This document shows positions 51,201-64,000 of a stretch of 64,000 bases of DNA, piece after piece. Numbering within the stretch: the first letter of the stretch is position 1; the number at the start of each line of letters is the position of its first letter. Source of the stretch: Eutreptiella sp. 'Long Island Sound 2002' (Eukaryota > Protista > Euglenida); the NCBI GenBank assembly GCA_964036045.1, contig OZ038378.1, forward strand, positions 3,906,001-3,970,000, in the 5' to 3' direction. The translations under genes and the position numbers were made by a program. The notes under the pieces were generated by a model. That model was given only the letters and a program-made list of their open reading frames with translations, was not told the DNA's origin and searched no databases.

Positions 51201-54200
51201 GAAGCAGGCAGACTGTGTGTCTGCCTGTGTGTGTGTGTGTGTGCACGCGCGTCTGCCTGCCTGTCTGTTGGTTTGTGTGTCTGTCTGTGTGCCTGTCTGC
51301 CTGCGTGCGTGCGGCCTGCCTGTCTTGCGCGGAATACCGCATGCTGCACAATGCACCACGAACAAGACCTTCCGTCCGTCACTCCATCAACCAGAGGTCA
51401 GAGCGCGACCAATTGGCCGGAAACAAAAGAGAGGACCTGCCGCAGAGGGCGGGGGCGGTGCGGAGCTTCATTGCGCGCTGGCAACACTATCCGACGGTTC
51501 GGATCCACGGGTTGGGGTAGTACAAAACCGGACCGAAATCTCCACACTGCAGGTTGGCGGTTCCTGGGTGACCTATTCTTGGGCTGGGTGACCTATTCTT
51601 GATGATTGCAAAATCAGCCACTTTCTTGCTTTGGTAGATTCTCTGCGAGGTGGGCTTGCTAAAGGCAATAGAATTTCCAAGATCGGCCTCGCTATGGGGC
51701 CCACCGGTGACTTGGCTGTTTTCAGGGCGGCATGGATTGGCTGAAAAATCGCGTTTCCTGGCCGACCTCCGACAACCCGCTGTTGGAATGTGAGGAAAAA
51801 CCGTGGCTGTTGAACAGTCCCCCAAACCCCCTCGAAACGCACTGGGGCAGGTGTCGGTTTTCCATTGGCCAATCCCAGTCCTCCCGGGCACATGACCACA
51901 CGTGTGCCGGCAGGTGTTGTAGAACGTCAAGGCCCGAGTTGTGGGGGCCCTCGTTCCGGGGCGCTCCCTTGGGGGGGAGGATTTGCCTGGCGGGGATGCC
52001 CTGGCGGACCAGGATTCCCAACCCCCCGGCTGGTGCATCCCAGATGCCCCCCCCCCCCCCCAGGATTCCAAGGGCGCCCCCAGAAAACTTGCCAAGCTGA
52101 GGCCCCGGCCTGGGCGCGCATTACTTGTTAACCGCAGCGTTAGAGCCTGCCGCATCCTTGCAGAGTGCTGCAGCACCACATCTTTGGAACTGTCGGTCGG
52201 GGGTTGATCCATGCCGCAGCATGCCGCAGCACGCCGCAGCACCTGAAATTTATCAGTGTGACTATGTTGACGATTTTATGTTGTTTCTTGATAGGCAGTT
52301 TGTAATCCTGCTCCTTTGACGGGGTATTTTCCCGCTTTGTCTTCTGATGACCACTGCAGAACCCGCTTGGGAGGGGGCTACACAGCCGTACCAAATTCAA
52401 TGCGCTCAGACGCCAGTTTCGAGTTGACGTGCCGTGTGCTTGGATGACAACCAGGGAATTGTGTTGAGGCGCAGGGCCCGGATGGTTGAAAAGCCCAGTC
52501 ACTGACCAACCGGTATCACAGGGAATCATGTATGTCGGAGAACCACAGCACACTGCCCCACAGATCCAGGCGGTTAGCCCAGGCTGGACGGAATGAAACG
52601 GTGGTACCCTCGGCGGTGGTTCGGCTCGGCCGGTTAGGTTCCGGTGGTTCGGCTCGGCGGTGGTGTCGGCCGGCCGGTTAGGTTCCGGTGGTTCGGCTCG
52701 GCGTTGGTTCGGCCGTTAGCCCACAACTGTGTTTTTTTGCGGCTGGGAGTAGGCGCCAAAGCCTGCTGCAAGCACCCAACCTTTGCGCATAGGCCTGCGT
52801 GCCCCACACGGGCACCTTCCCGTCTCCCTTGTCAAAGCAACACCCAGGAGCCAAATCCATACGTACTTCTGGCACGCGACTGCACCGAGTGCACGCGGCA
52901 TTGGCACGCATCCATTCCCGCCCTCCTCCGTCCCATGATCCAACTTAATGGCACAAGTCTGCCGGAACTGGAGCTCCTCAGTGTCACCCAACTCCACATT
53001 TCTTATATTGCATCCCATTTGCAGAGCCCTAACGTTTCGAAGAAGAGGTCGTTCCAGTTTGGGATGCGGAAACTCACCGCCGCGCACAAGCTGGCGTCCG
53101 ATCCCCAAAAGGCTGAGAAGGCCAAACAGGCCCCCAATCCTTGGCTGAAGAACTTCAATCCGGAGGACTTGCAGGTGCTTCTTCTCGTGTTGGTGTCGCA
53201 GTTGGGAATGTGCAGGGGGAGGGGGGCACATGCATCTGCAAAGGAGCTGCACGTCACCTGCGTCACAATTTCCTGAGGGTGGTTCTGAGTTTCTCCCCTG
53301 CACCCACTTAAAACCTGTTTTGAGGTGTGGAAGACATTTGTAGGCGCGAAGAACAATAGGAAGGGGCCTGAAGGGGCCCTTCTCAAAAACCATTGAGCAG
53401 GCTAGACACCAAATCTGCAGTTTGTAGACACCAATCTGTGGTTTGTCGACACCGATCTGCAATTTGGGGACTCCGTAAATACACATAGCTGCTGTATCTG
53501 TGTACGTGTGTGTACGCGTATATGTTTACGCACGTCTACACGCATACGCGTCTCCATACATGCGGTGGAAAGAATATGTACAGCCCTCAAGCGCTGAGAA
53601 AAATATTCCGTTGAAAATTGTGGCCAAGCGCGTCGGAATCTACAGTTTGTTTGGCCTAGACCCTAACCAATGGGAGCCTTGGATCCATCTCCAGATAGCC
53701 CTGCCTGGGAGGGCGGTGATTGTTTATGACAATATGGGTACACACAACAGCGTAGCGACCAATGTAGCACTATCTGTACTCCCCAAGTTGCAGCAGTTCA
53801 CAAATTTTGGCCTTTCTTCAACACGCATTCCTCTGTAACGTCGGCTTGCCGAAGGCAGCAGAAATATGACCCTACTCTGAGCCCTTTTGAGGAGTGTGGC
53901 AATTTCTTGCATGGACCTTGAATCCATCAGCTTGCAAAGCCCTGGATCCCCCACCAAGAAGTCATTGGGAGATTGTTTCGTCTCGCACAAGCAGGATGTT
54001 GCAAAAAAAAAAGAAAACAGGGTTCAAGAGGCTGTTAGTAGGGCCAAAAGGGTACTGAATAGTGCCGCAAGCTCTTTTTTCATGTACGTTGGTCTCAATG
54101 TAAATCCCCCCCCGCCAGTTGAGCCCCTTGCGAGGGGAGAGGGGGGCATAAAGAGTAATTTGGTACCTCCGGTTTGGGGATCCAGCCACTGGACTCCACA

Positions 54201-57200
54201 ACCTCCTTCAATCCACCCACCCCCACCCCCCGACCGATTGAAATGCCTTGAGCTCCAACGTCAGGCATGGAGGTGGACACATGAAAAGAGACCCAGCAGA
54301 ATAGGAGTTCTAGCACAAAGTCTGACACAGCAGCCATGTTGCCATCGACTCTCCCAGGGGCTAAGGGGCAAGCTCCTCATAGTTTCACGATGCGCCACAA
54401 CAGCAACAGCAAGCAAGAGGAAGGGTATGATGGGGCAGAGTAATACAACTCTCAGAAGAATAATACAGCCAGCTCCCAGGGCAGGGGGCGGGAGGGGGGG
54501 GGGCGGGGCGGCAGCCCATTGTCCCAGAACCCCCTGAAGGGAAAGTTGTTTATGGGAGGGTGCACGCACACCCTGGCACATAACCCCGCGCCCTCACCCC
54601 AAGGTCAAGCGGTTGGAAGAGGGAGTGGATGCGAGGGCTGGGGTCTAAGAAGGGAGGGGGGGCAACCATTTTGGCTGTGAGTGAGCACCCCGCCACACAA
54701 CAAAATTCCTAGAGTTGTTTGGGATTAGGGTCACCGAGCTGGTGGAAACAGTCAGGTTTTATAACCCTCTTTAAGGTCTAGGGTGGAGGTACTCCTTTTG
54801 GCAGCAGCAGCAGCAGCAGCAAGCACATCGGGAAAAATCAGAATTTCGTCGCGGTTGTCTAGTTGCTGTGCATTCTAAGTTTGAGGTTGAATTGCTCAAA
54901 GTTTCTAAGCAAAAACTACATCATGGTGAACGGCTACGGGCCCTGAACATGCTGCTGGTGATTCTCGAATCTGCCAAAAATCGCCAAAAAAAAGCCTTTT
55001 TTTTTTTGACAGGTCCTGGTTCGTACGTGCAGGTCTGTGGTGGGGGACATGAGCGATACTTTTGGAAGTAGTGCGACATGAGGATTCGAAAAAATTAGCG
55101 CATCTGTTGTATTCGTGTGAACAGATTTCGGCCAGGTGACCAATTTATTTTGCGCTCTAGCATGGGGGCTTATACAGGCTGACATGGGGGCTCATAGAGG
55201 CTGATTAATGGCCTGATCACTGGAATGTATCTGCCTACAATATCAAACCACAATCGACATTACTCAAACTGGTAGCAACGCGAGATGGAGCCAACGCCCA
55301 CAATGTTGATTGTAAGGTTGAAAAAAGCTGGCGAACATGCTAAACGGGAGCCTTATGTTTTTGCAAATGAAAGTAAGACGCAAGAGTCACAATCGTGCAC
55401 TTGTGGACAAGCTGTAGTGGATCAGTGCATGCGGGGATGTTTACTGTGGTAGGGGAAAAGGCGTGGTACGTGTGGTTGAGCTACCTTTTCGTGGTAGTTT
55501 AACTGTGAAACTCCTACTTCGTCCGCCCTTTCAGTGCACTGGGGCAACCGGGCTTTCAAGTGAGGGGGGGGGGGTCAATAGAGCCCCCCAAAACTAGGAG
55601 GGGGGGTCTGGGAAAAGGGCTCAATTGAACATTATTCAGTCATTATGAACTCTGGCGTCAAAGGTGCCGAAAATTTTTTTGACTGTTCAAAATGGTCAAT
55701 TTTTTTTTCAACAAATTTACTGCAAATGGTGCCTTTTCTGAACCCCCTCGACGCGCGGATTCCAAAAATCCCATTTTCATTTTTTGCCGATTTTTGGGTT
55801 TGGGTCACCTCCGAGGCCCGGGGGTCAGTCTCGGTAGGATTTTGGGGGTCCCGTCAATTGAGCCCTTTTTGGGGGAGGGGGGGTCTAGCCAGGGGGCTCT
55901 ATCGGCCTCCCCCTCCTCAACTGAAAGCCCGGTTGCCCCTGAACGTGCACAAAGGAAGCAGGGTCATGGCTGTGTAGATTTGTTGATGCTCTGAGGATGA
56001 GGCTCTGGCAGAGGACAAGGCCTGTGCAGCTGTTGGGCCATTCTTGTTTGCCTTTCAATTGTCAGACCGCAGAAGATGCAGCTGGGGCTGAATTGCAGCG
56101 GTACCTTGACAAAGTGTTGCCAGTCTTCAAGAAGTCCATTGATCGGTCCACGGACGCTGAGATCAAGTATGCTGCTGCTGTTGCATGAATCAGCATTCCT
56201 GGGACAACCCCCTGTGTTTGAATTCAGTATAGGGCTCCCAATTTGCCTGACAGCCCTTTGGGGTGTGTCACCGCGCCGTTTTTTTTTTTCGGCATGTATG
56301 CCCCCGACCAGCTCTATCGTAGGCACTATCCAAGGCCTCCCTGCCCTGAAGATGCTGATATAGCAGGGTCATGTCTTGCTCCCTTTGTGGACCCTAATAT
56401 GGCAGGATTTATGCAACCATTTTCATACCTTTCCACCTTGGGGAGCCCAATATGGCAGGGGTTGTGCAGCTATTTCAGTCCTGCCTGCTGGCCACATTGA
56501 TGCCCCCCCCTGGTTCCTGCCTCCCTGGGTGCATGTCATGGTGCCGTTTATTGCCAGAAAGAACAGGTTTATGAGAGCTTGACAACAGCCATACAACGAT
56601 GTGCATGGGTGGTACATCACACAGATTGAGCAGGGTTTGGGCAATGGGTTTTGCTTAGAAACATCTGGCGTGGCAGTCCGAACAAGTTGCATCAGTTAGT
56701 GTGTTGTATTGCACCTCAAACAATTTTGCGTCCGGAAGCAGACCACGGGAATATTCCCCTCCTGTTACCCCGATACGGACCATGGGAATTTCCTCCCCCT
56801 CTGGCTGACTGAGGATGCAACCAAGGAGGCTGCCATGCAAGATGATGGTGGGGATGTGGTAGATGTTCGTGCTTTGTGCTGTCAAAAGCACAGCACCACT
56901 CTTTGTGGTGAATGCAATGAGAATTGTTGTGCAGAAGGTTGGGCCGGGTGGGTGGGTGGGTGGGTGGGTGGGTGGGGGGGCAACTTTGCAGGGGCTCAAA
57001 TTTTCATGTGATTTCGCGTCTCAAATTGCCTATGAAATCAACCAGTAATTTCTGGAGGTGTGGATGAGAAAATCTCTCATCCGCGGCAGTGATTGCAAAT
57101 CACCTCGAAGAGGGTTGTTAGATCAAGCGCAGGCACAGGCGTCGTATACCCCCATTTTTTGGGGTTGTTCGCGTAGCATACACGTATCAGATGTCCAACC

Positions 57201-60200
57201 CCTTGTAAAATCATCATTGAGATGCTCAGGGCAAACAAGGCTGTTGAGGGTTGACCAGGGGCTGAGGCAGGGCTGCGCATGAACACGCCAGTTTCGAGAA
57301 ATGATGAAAATAAAACGCCAAAAGCATTGGTGTTCGTTGACCAAGTGCATTCGTCGTGTTCGCATTTGTTGCACCCTGCGATTTCTCGAAACAATGAAAA
57401 ATATCCTTTACCATCGCTGCTTCTTCCTTCAAAGGTAGGGTACGCGAATGGGCCCAAAAAGGGGGGTATGTGGTGTTTTCCCCGATGTGCGGGCCTGCCT
57501 GGCTTTCATCTAATAACCTCTGCGAGGTGATTTTCAGGTGACACTAAAGAGCCTGACCAGTGTGAAAACGGCCAGGTCCTTATTGGCAAGGGCCCAGGGG
57601 GGCAGGGGGCGACCAGGTGTACCCGGAGTTCGGACCCGAGACCCCTGCCATGTGTTCGGGGGTCCATGCACGAGAAAAAAATCTTCAGGACCTAGGTCTG
57701 AATCAACACACAGCGCCCACAATACGCAAAGAAGTCTTGACACCCCCCACCCACACCCCAAAAATGTGGTACCCAGGTACGGGGGCTTAGGGGGGTCAAA
57801 ATCGAAAAATTCAGTGGGATCATTTTCTGACCCAAATGTAATTTGGTAAAGAACCCCCGTTCGCCGTGAACACCCCTCAACATCCCTCAACAAACCATCC
57901 TCCGCCAGCCCGATACTTCCCAATGCCCTCCACAATCCTACTAACCAACGCCCACTGTACCAGGAGGAATACCAAGACGGTGGATGAGTTTGAGGACCGC
58001 ATTTATTGTGTAAATAACGGCTTGATCTCTGCAGCTGCCCAGATACAGTGGCCCGACACCCGGACAGTCTATGACCTGATCCTTGTTCCCCAGTCTGTGC
58101 ACAAGGTCGTCCTCCTCATGACGGCTCTGTATTTGCCCCCATTGCCTCTGGGATACAGGTTGCTTGCACAGTTTTTTTGACCTTTGGAAAGTCCAGCTCC
58201 CATGTTCGATAGACCTCGTGCCTCGGTGCACAGGAGCTCAGCAGTGCGAATGGTCAGGCGAGACATGCCTTTTTCATTGCCGTTGTACTTCCTCAAGTCC
58301 TGCATTTTTGGAGCCAACACTTGGCGGATTGTTTCGTCCACTGGGCAGTTTGGTGGCACGGGGCAGAGACAGCCCTTGCACATGGTGGTGTTTGGCAGAA
58401 AAAAGTATGCCACCGTTTGCTACCGTCTTTTTTTTTTTTTCGCACAGGCTGCGCAGTTGTGTCTTCCGTGCATCCAGGGCTCGTTGTACGCAATGTCCTG
58501 TGGACATGGCGTTCTCTATGTGTGTGTGTGTGTGTATGTGTTGTCATTGGGGTGTTGGTATCTGTGTGCGTGCGTGCGCACCTGCGTTGGCTGGGACGGC
58601 AGGCAACTGTGCAGACTTCTTTGTCTCGCACCCCCGCCCCCCTCCTCCCCCCCTGATCCTTTGTAGAAAATAAGAAGAACCCTCATTTGTAATCAAGTGT
58701 ACCAAAGGTTCCACCCACGCCTTCCCTTAGCTCGCCTTAATCAGGATTTAACCCCTTCCCCCCCTCAGCCCCGCATCTCAGTGACCCCCGAACCACCGCC
58801 CTGTACCCACTGAATTTTTCGACCTGAGGACCACAAAATCGCCTCACTTGGGAGGGCCAAGAGGGGCCAGCCAGAGAGCACCCAGCACAGGAGTGACTGT
58901 TGACCGGGATGCACGCCTGACCCGATAGAGTCCCGAGGGTCGCAACCCAATCCATTTAGGGAGGGGTGCCAGGCCAGAACACATCCGTGGACCTGAATGC
59001 GCTGGAAGCGAGCAAAGTGGACAGTGGGCGATTTCCAAAAATTCGCCATTTTCGGAAACCCTTCTGTCGCCCCTGGGATGGGTTTGGGTGATGATTTAGT
59101 GACAATATGGGTACTTGAGCACCCATGGGGACCCACGTAGTGGCTGCCAAGCCCATATAGCCCGAGCCATGGTGAAAGTCGCGCGGAGCAGGCGCGGCCA
59201 GAGCCCAGTGCGGACATTGCAACCTGACCGTTGATGCCCCCGCATCTTGTGTGCTGTCGGGTTGACCGCTTTCCGCCGTCGGTTCCCCGTCAAGTGCCGT
59301 CCATTGGTAGACAGTTCAGCGGCCGCAAAACCTGGAGCCCCCCCATTTTGGCTCGCTCTTAAGGAAACCCCCCCCCCCCCATAATGGCGCACACAAGGGC
59401 ATTGCACGGTGCAGTGCCTGTGGCAGGAGAGGAGTGTTGCACTGGGCGGCATTTGTCGCGCCAAGTGTCAGCCCCGTGTGAGACGCTGTGTCGGATGTGC
59501 AGGTCCTTGAGACCGATGAGGGCCAGAATTTGCTCGTGGGGGCTCACATGAAGACGTACGGAGAGTTTTTGAAGGAGCAACAGGTGTTGTTGGCCTGCGT
59601 GGCACTGCACTGCCCGTGTGTAGCCCCTGCCCGGTGCGTCCCAAGGGGGAGGCTTGGCTCGCGCGATGAGCACAGCAGATGCGGGGGGATCTGCAAATGG
59701 GGTTTGTCAATGTGGGGACTCTCGGTCAAGCAGATCCCTTCAGGGGGAGGGGTGGGTGGCAGGGATGCTTGATGGGGGCAGGAGGCAGAAAAGGGGGTTC
59801 AAAGGTGGTTGCTAAAGCAGCCACTGGTGTTTGGAAGAGTGGTTGGGACACCAGGTCTCGTAGTCACAAGACGGAAGATGCGCCGCTGGCGGTTGGCATC
59901 CCCCCCGCCCCATTAAACCGAGCCCACCGATCAAACCGAAGTGCCCGCAAGGAAGCGAACCATTCCTTGGAGGATAGCGCGCATCCCACCAACCAAATCA
60001 CAAGAGCAATACACACGATGCATCCATTCTCAGAAGTCTGTGGGTCTTGATTCTGTGGCCGAAGGATTTACGGATAGTCTTCTAAGTTCATGTCCGGGCC
60101 TCAAGCGACCAAGAAGGTCACGCAGATGCGCTTGCATTGCGCACATTCCGCATCTTCTGGGAAATTCCCACGTTCCATGGCTGTTCTGCTGTTCTGCTGC

Positions 60201-63040
60201 CAGTGCCACCGCGAGCGAGCATTTGCCTTAGAGTTCCTCCACCAACTGGAGACCAGTGAGGGGCGAGTGGAATGCACTGTAGCCCCCTCCCCCCCAAATC
60301 CCCCGGTCTTGTCCATCCTAAGCCTCTTCAAAGAGGCTCTGCCTGCTCTGCATTGCAGACCAGTATCTTAGGGAGGATGCTCCGTACGTGGGTTCCAACC
60401 GGACGGAGGTCGCCTTGATGACCCCTCGCGCTTTGGGTAGCAGCTGGCGGAAGGGGGAGCAAAGGGGAGATCCGGGGAACAATGAAAGGCCATGATACTC
60501 AGGGGTTGATGGTTGCCAAAACCTTGGATACGTTTGGCAAACGGAAAATCTTTGGCATTGGCATGGGAAATCGGGAAGAGGTGCGACTATGACAAGGAAA
60601 ACCAGGGAGAAACGAGGGAAAATGGTGTAAACAGGACAGTTACAGTCTTGGTTGACACGTGGTTTGTTGTGCGGTGAGTTGTTTGAGTTGTTTTTGGCTT
60701 TGCTGTCTATATGCATTGCCTGTCCAGACAGTGCAATATTTGAAAAGCCATGAAAAGGTTTGATATGTCAAGATCATTTCAGAGCGGATATCTCGTCAAG
60801 CATTGGCAAAGCACCGGGCAACCAAGGGCTCTTCGAACAGTCCTGCAAACAAGTGTGTTCCCAGAGGCCAAATTGGTGAGTGAGGCGGGAAGTAGTACCC
60901 AGTCGAGCTTGTATGGGCTGCCATGAAAAGTACTTCGCAGCAAGCAGCAGCAACGACACTTGCCCCATGCGTCTCAAAAGAAAAACGCGTCCAGCCCAGC
61001 CGTAGACACCGGCCTGCCGGGCCCTGCAGGGATACTATCAACCTCTGTGAAACTGCAGCCTCGAGGGCCCGCTGCCTGTGTGCTTTGGGGCCAAGGTACA
61101 AAAACTGGGACGTGGTGGATGGGCAGACAGACAAAGGGATGTCGTGCCTGGTTCCAGTGGACCTATGCAAGTGCAGCCTGCATTCCCTCCTGCCCTCTGC
61201 CCATGCCGCTCCTGTGTTGCACCCTCGCCTCCCCGTCTATGCCCTGTGCCCTGTACCTATGCCCGATGCCCCGTGCTGCATGCCCTACACCTCGGGCTGC
61301 ATTTCTTCAGATGCGAAAGGACGACGCAGAAATCCACAAATACCCCACGATTCAGGCAGTCATGGCAATGTCCACCCGTGACCCCTGGTACGGAGATGAG
61401 CTCACACGCGGTCAGAACAAGAAGCGTGAAGTCGAAAGCGCCAGGAGGGAAAGGAGTCCAAAGAAATCCACCCCCCAATTCCCAGACACAGTGGATTGTA
61501 TGTGATTTGGGTGGTGTTGGGGGTGAGGGAAGCGGAGTCGGCCGACGGAAAGGCAAAACCTGCTGCGCTGCAAATTAAACCCACAATGTTGGTTCCACAG
61601 GGGGCGCTCAGGTACAAAACGGTACACCGACCCCCCCATACCCCCTCCAGCGGGCCAAACACGTCCGGCGAGTCCCAGTATTGGCGCTGCAGGTGCCGGA
61701 GCATTTTGTCCCGTTTGGAGTTGTGCTGGAAATTTTTTTTTTAAATTTTTTTCGCTGCCCCCCCTTGTGTTTACTGCAAGTCGTCGGAATTCCATGGGGA
61801 TCCGAAATGTGGCAACAGAATGAGGCCATTGGCTCCTGCCCTGCGACATGCTCTGGCTGCTAAAATCGCTTTGCCTGCTCGGCAATCCCCTTTGCCATTT
61901 TCTTGTAGGCGTCCGCTTCTCTCCAGAAGTCACGGAGGTATGTGGTGTTTGCAGTGTGCAAGCATTGGTGTTGCCATGGGGAGGGTTCCACTGGGTAGAT
62001 GCAGTGGTTACGCACTGTCGATGCATTGGTGCAGGGTGGGTACAGTCAGGGGGGGGGGGGCTGTGGACAGAGGTGTGTGGACAGCAAAAACAGTCAAACG
62101 ACCCCGGCAACAACCAGCACATCCTCAATACGCCAACTATTGGGCGCCGCTGACACGCAAACGGCACACCATGCCACATTCAGCACAGTCCCAACACGCC
62201 AGCTACTGGGCTCCGCGAACGCGGAAACGACACCAGCAAGAGCACCGGCCGCAGCGGCCGACAGAAAGTAGCGACCCGACGCAACATGCGAAGGGAAGAA
62301 CGGGTGACCGTCCAGGGCCCCGTAAAGGAGCAACAACCAGACGGAATGTCACACAAGGGGGTTGGCCCATTGCGGTTTTCTCACCAACTGGAGTCCCGCT
62401 CGGCCAGGTCTTCGTGCTGTGCCTCGCTCCGCCCCCGTTGCTATTTCACGCTCATTGTGCCCCTAGTCAGACCCCCACCCCCACGCCATTCAGCAGCAGT
62501 ATCAGGGCATTAGGGCATCCCAGGTCACACAAAGACACGGCACTGGACACTGGTTTGTACAACACGGTAACCACCCAGTTTTTATGGAACACCCTGAAGG
62601 CCGCTGTGATCACAATCTGCAGCGGGATTCTGCAGAAGCAGCCCAACCCAAATTTCTCCTGAAGAAATGAACGAATCACACGACGCTCAAGAGAGACGGA
62701 AGGAACTTCTGGTTATTGCATGTGATGTCATGATGTGTTGGTATTACGTGGCGTTGTGTTTATCTTATGTTGTGTCGTGTGTTGATCGTGACGTGAATGT
62801 TCGTGTGATTGCCAATGTTGATGGTAATGTTAATGTTGATGTTGATATTATCTTTGTGTTATGTCATTTTATGTCAATGTTAATTGATGTTAACGTTCAT
62901 GTTATGTTATGTGACGTGTCATGTCATGTAATGTTGTTCGTTTTCCCTTGTGGCTAGGCCGTAGCAGCAGTGGCAGCAACAGTACTGAGGCGTTCGAGGG
63001 CCCCGCTCCACACAGGTGGTGCCACGTGTCTGCAGGCTGA
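44090..63040 (+). CDS. Downstream exons of the same (or an adjacent) uncharacterised gene; coiled-coil/low-complexity C-terminal region
   Basis: Phase-consistent chain: 48289-48468, 49892-50134, 53025-53174, 56066-56166, 57964-58009, 59503-59583, 60204-60266, 61311-61497, 62958-?. Upstream candidates: 44090-44164, 44468-?, 45825-45965, 46290-46417, ?-47639. The linkage through 44-47.6 kb and the 3' end are uncertain. Confidence 0.65.
45169..45240. repeat. (GT)n followed by (GC)n microsatellite
   Basis: About 30 GT units directly followed by GC units, giving 72 bp of alternating purine-pyrimidine sequence. Confidence 0.95.
48940..49255. repeat. Degenerate tandem repeat of a gcagtgtggc(g/a)gtg / cactgccc motif
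   Basis: tgtggcggtgca recurs at 48977, 49023 and 49085; cactgcc repeats through 49225. Confidence 0.7.
50164..50616. mobile_element. hAT-family MITE (453 bp) with 16-bp TIRs, perfect 8-bp TSD and a CAACCGC/CAACCAC microsatellite core
   Basis: TIRs CAGGGCTGTGCTTAAG / CAGGGCTGTCCTTAAG (15/16). TSD CCGGTGAC at 50156-50163 and 50617-50624. Confidence 0.92.
51559..51780 (+). repeat. Near-identical copy of 43352-43519 plus adjacent subunit
   Basis: 51559-51726 matches 43352-43519 with one visible substitution, then continues like 43590-43640. Confidence 0.85.
52581..52714. mobile_element. Small CGG-rich element with 8-bp flanking direct repeat, possibly related to the 12830 MITE
   Basis: GTTAGCCC at 52573-52580 and 52715-52722. 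Interior tandem cggtggttcggctcggc units. The left end GGCTGGACGGAATGAAACGGT loosely resembles the 12830 TIR. Confidence 0.5.
55539..55941. mobile_element. Older hAT-like MITE (403 bp)
   Basis: TIRs CTGGGGCAACCGGGCTTTCAAG / CAGGGGCAACCGGGCTTTCAG, extending about 90 bp degenerately. Flanks tcagtgca / aacgtgca (5/8). Confidence 0.7.
62048..62362 (+). repeat. Probable interspersed repeat beginning with a G run
   Basis: G12-ctgtggacagaggtgtgtggacagc...cacacaaggggg with an internal duplicated acgcca.cta.tgggc.ccgc motif. Single copy in the window; family status rests on recalled similarity to euglenid repeat-derived ORFs. Confidence 0.45.
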
Positions 63041-64000
63041 CGTGGAATATTGCGTGGCATTACCGGACCGAAAATCAGGCCCTGGGAAGTTGGGGTCCGT
63101 TGTGGACTACGTCCGCAAGACCATGGCGAAGAACATCCGAAAGGTTGCCCCCTGATGACAACCGTGAAATCAGCGGCATGGAGAAGGGCTCGGGACCAGT
63201 GTTGGCAATGGTTGGGTTTTCTCCACAAGATTGCGGGCGGGAATAGTACTGTGTGTCTATGTGCGTCTTGTTTGTTCGGCTGATGGCCTAAGAGCGCCCA
63301 CCCCACCGCAAACTCTCCCTTTGCACGAAGAGAGCCACAAATCGCCAACAGTGAGCCCGGCCATGGGTTGCGTGTTGGGTCCATGACCGCGCATCTATAG
63401 GCCCTTGCAAACACAACCATCAGAAGAGGTATCCCAGATGTAGGTAGACACGATTCTACTGCGCTTTTCCGCCACTGTGTTGGTGGTGGTGGTGGTGGTG
63501 GTGGTGTGAATGAGCACATGGCCGTCGTACAGTCAACTTCCAGGGCTGCTGATGTGGGTAAATGTCGCTTGCCCTTATGTTGTCACGAACCACATCTGGT
63601 CCAAGGCCTGCCAAGTGTCTTCAGGGGTTGACCAGAAGGCGCCTTTTTTTTCCATGCAGCCCGTGACGGTCTGAAGACAGCCTATCCTCTTTTGTGGGTG
63701 CCTGTGCGGGTCCCGATCTGAGGTGGTCAGCGAGTCTGGGATTGGATGTGGGCCACCCCCCCCCCCCCCCCCCACGATCCTTAATGGATCCTGAATGCGT
63801 TGGTGCCACAACCCGCCACCATGGAGAAGCAGAAACGGTGGGCCAACACAGCGGCTTGGTAGATCTTCGTGACCCAGGTAGGCGTTGGCGAAGGAAGGCC
63901 TGGTCGAGATTTTTGTGATTGGCGAGAGGTCGATTGACGCCGCCAGCTGCCAGGAGAGCAGCCAATTTGCTGGGCTCTCCCCCCCCCCCCCCCTCTGACT

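Noticed and set aside
61412-62662. Long ORFs 61412-62179 and 61820-62662
   Set aside because: They run through intronic repeats and G runs and show no domain-like sequence.

Overview
This is eukaryotic, intron-rich, repeat-dense nuclear DNA. It is most consistent with a photosynthetic euglenid (inference from the plastid presequence layout, putative trans-splice acceptors and repeat style; possibly Eutreptiella). Three spliced protein genes can be reconstructed with phase-consistent GT-AG introns: (1) a 5'-truncated membrane hybrid histidine kinase-receiver (+, 1-3913); (2) a 14-exon plastid-targeted FtsH (-, 15436-28796); (3) a large uncharacterised multi-exon gene or gene pair (+, about 29854 to at least 63 kb) lying head-to-head with FtsH. 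FtsH intron 4 hides a tRNA-Arg(UCU) gene followed 202 nt later by a U4 snRNA gene, both in the host gene's sense. The FtsH looks chimeric, with a type-A (FtsH1/5-like) lumenal N-terminus on a type-B (FtsH2/8-like) AAA and protease body. Introns and the 3.9-15.4 kb spacer contain non-autonomous TIR elements with TA, TAA, 8-bp and 9-bp target-site duplications (TSDs), tandem repeats, a decayed non-LTR RT relic and many poly(G)/poly(C) runs. Most ORFs in the supplied track are spurious. Family comparisons are from recalled sequences, not database searches.
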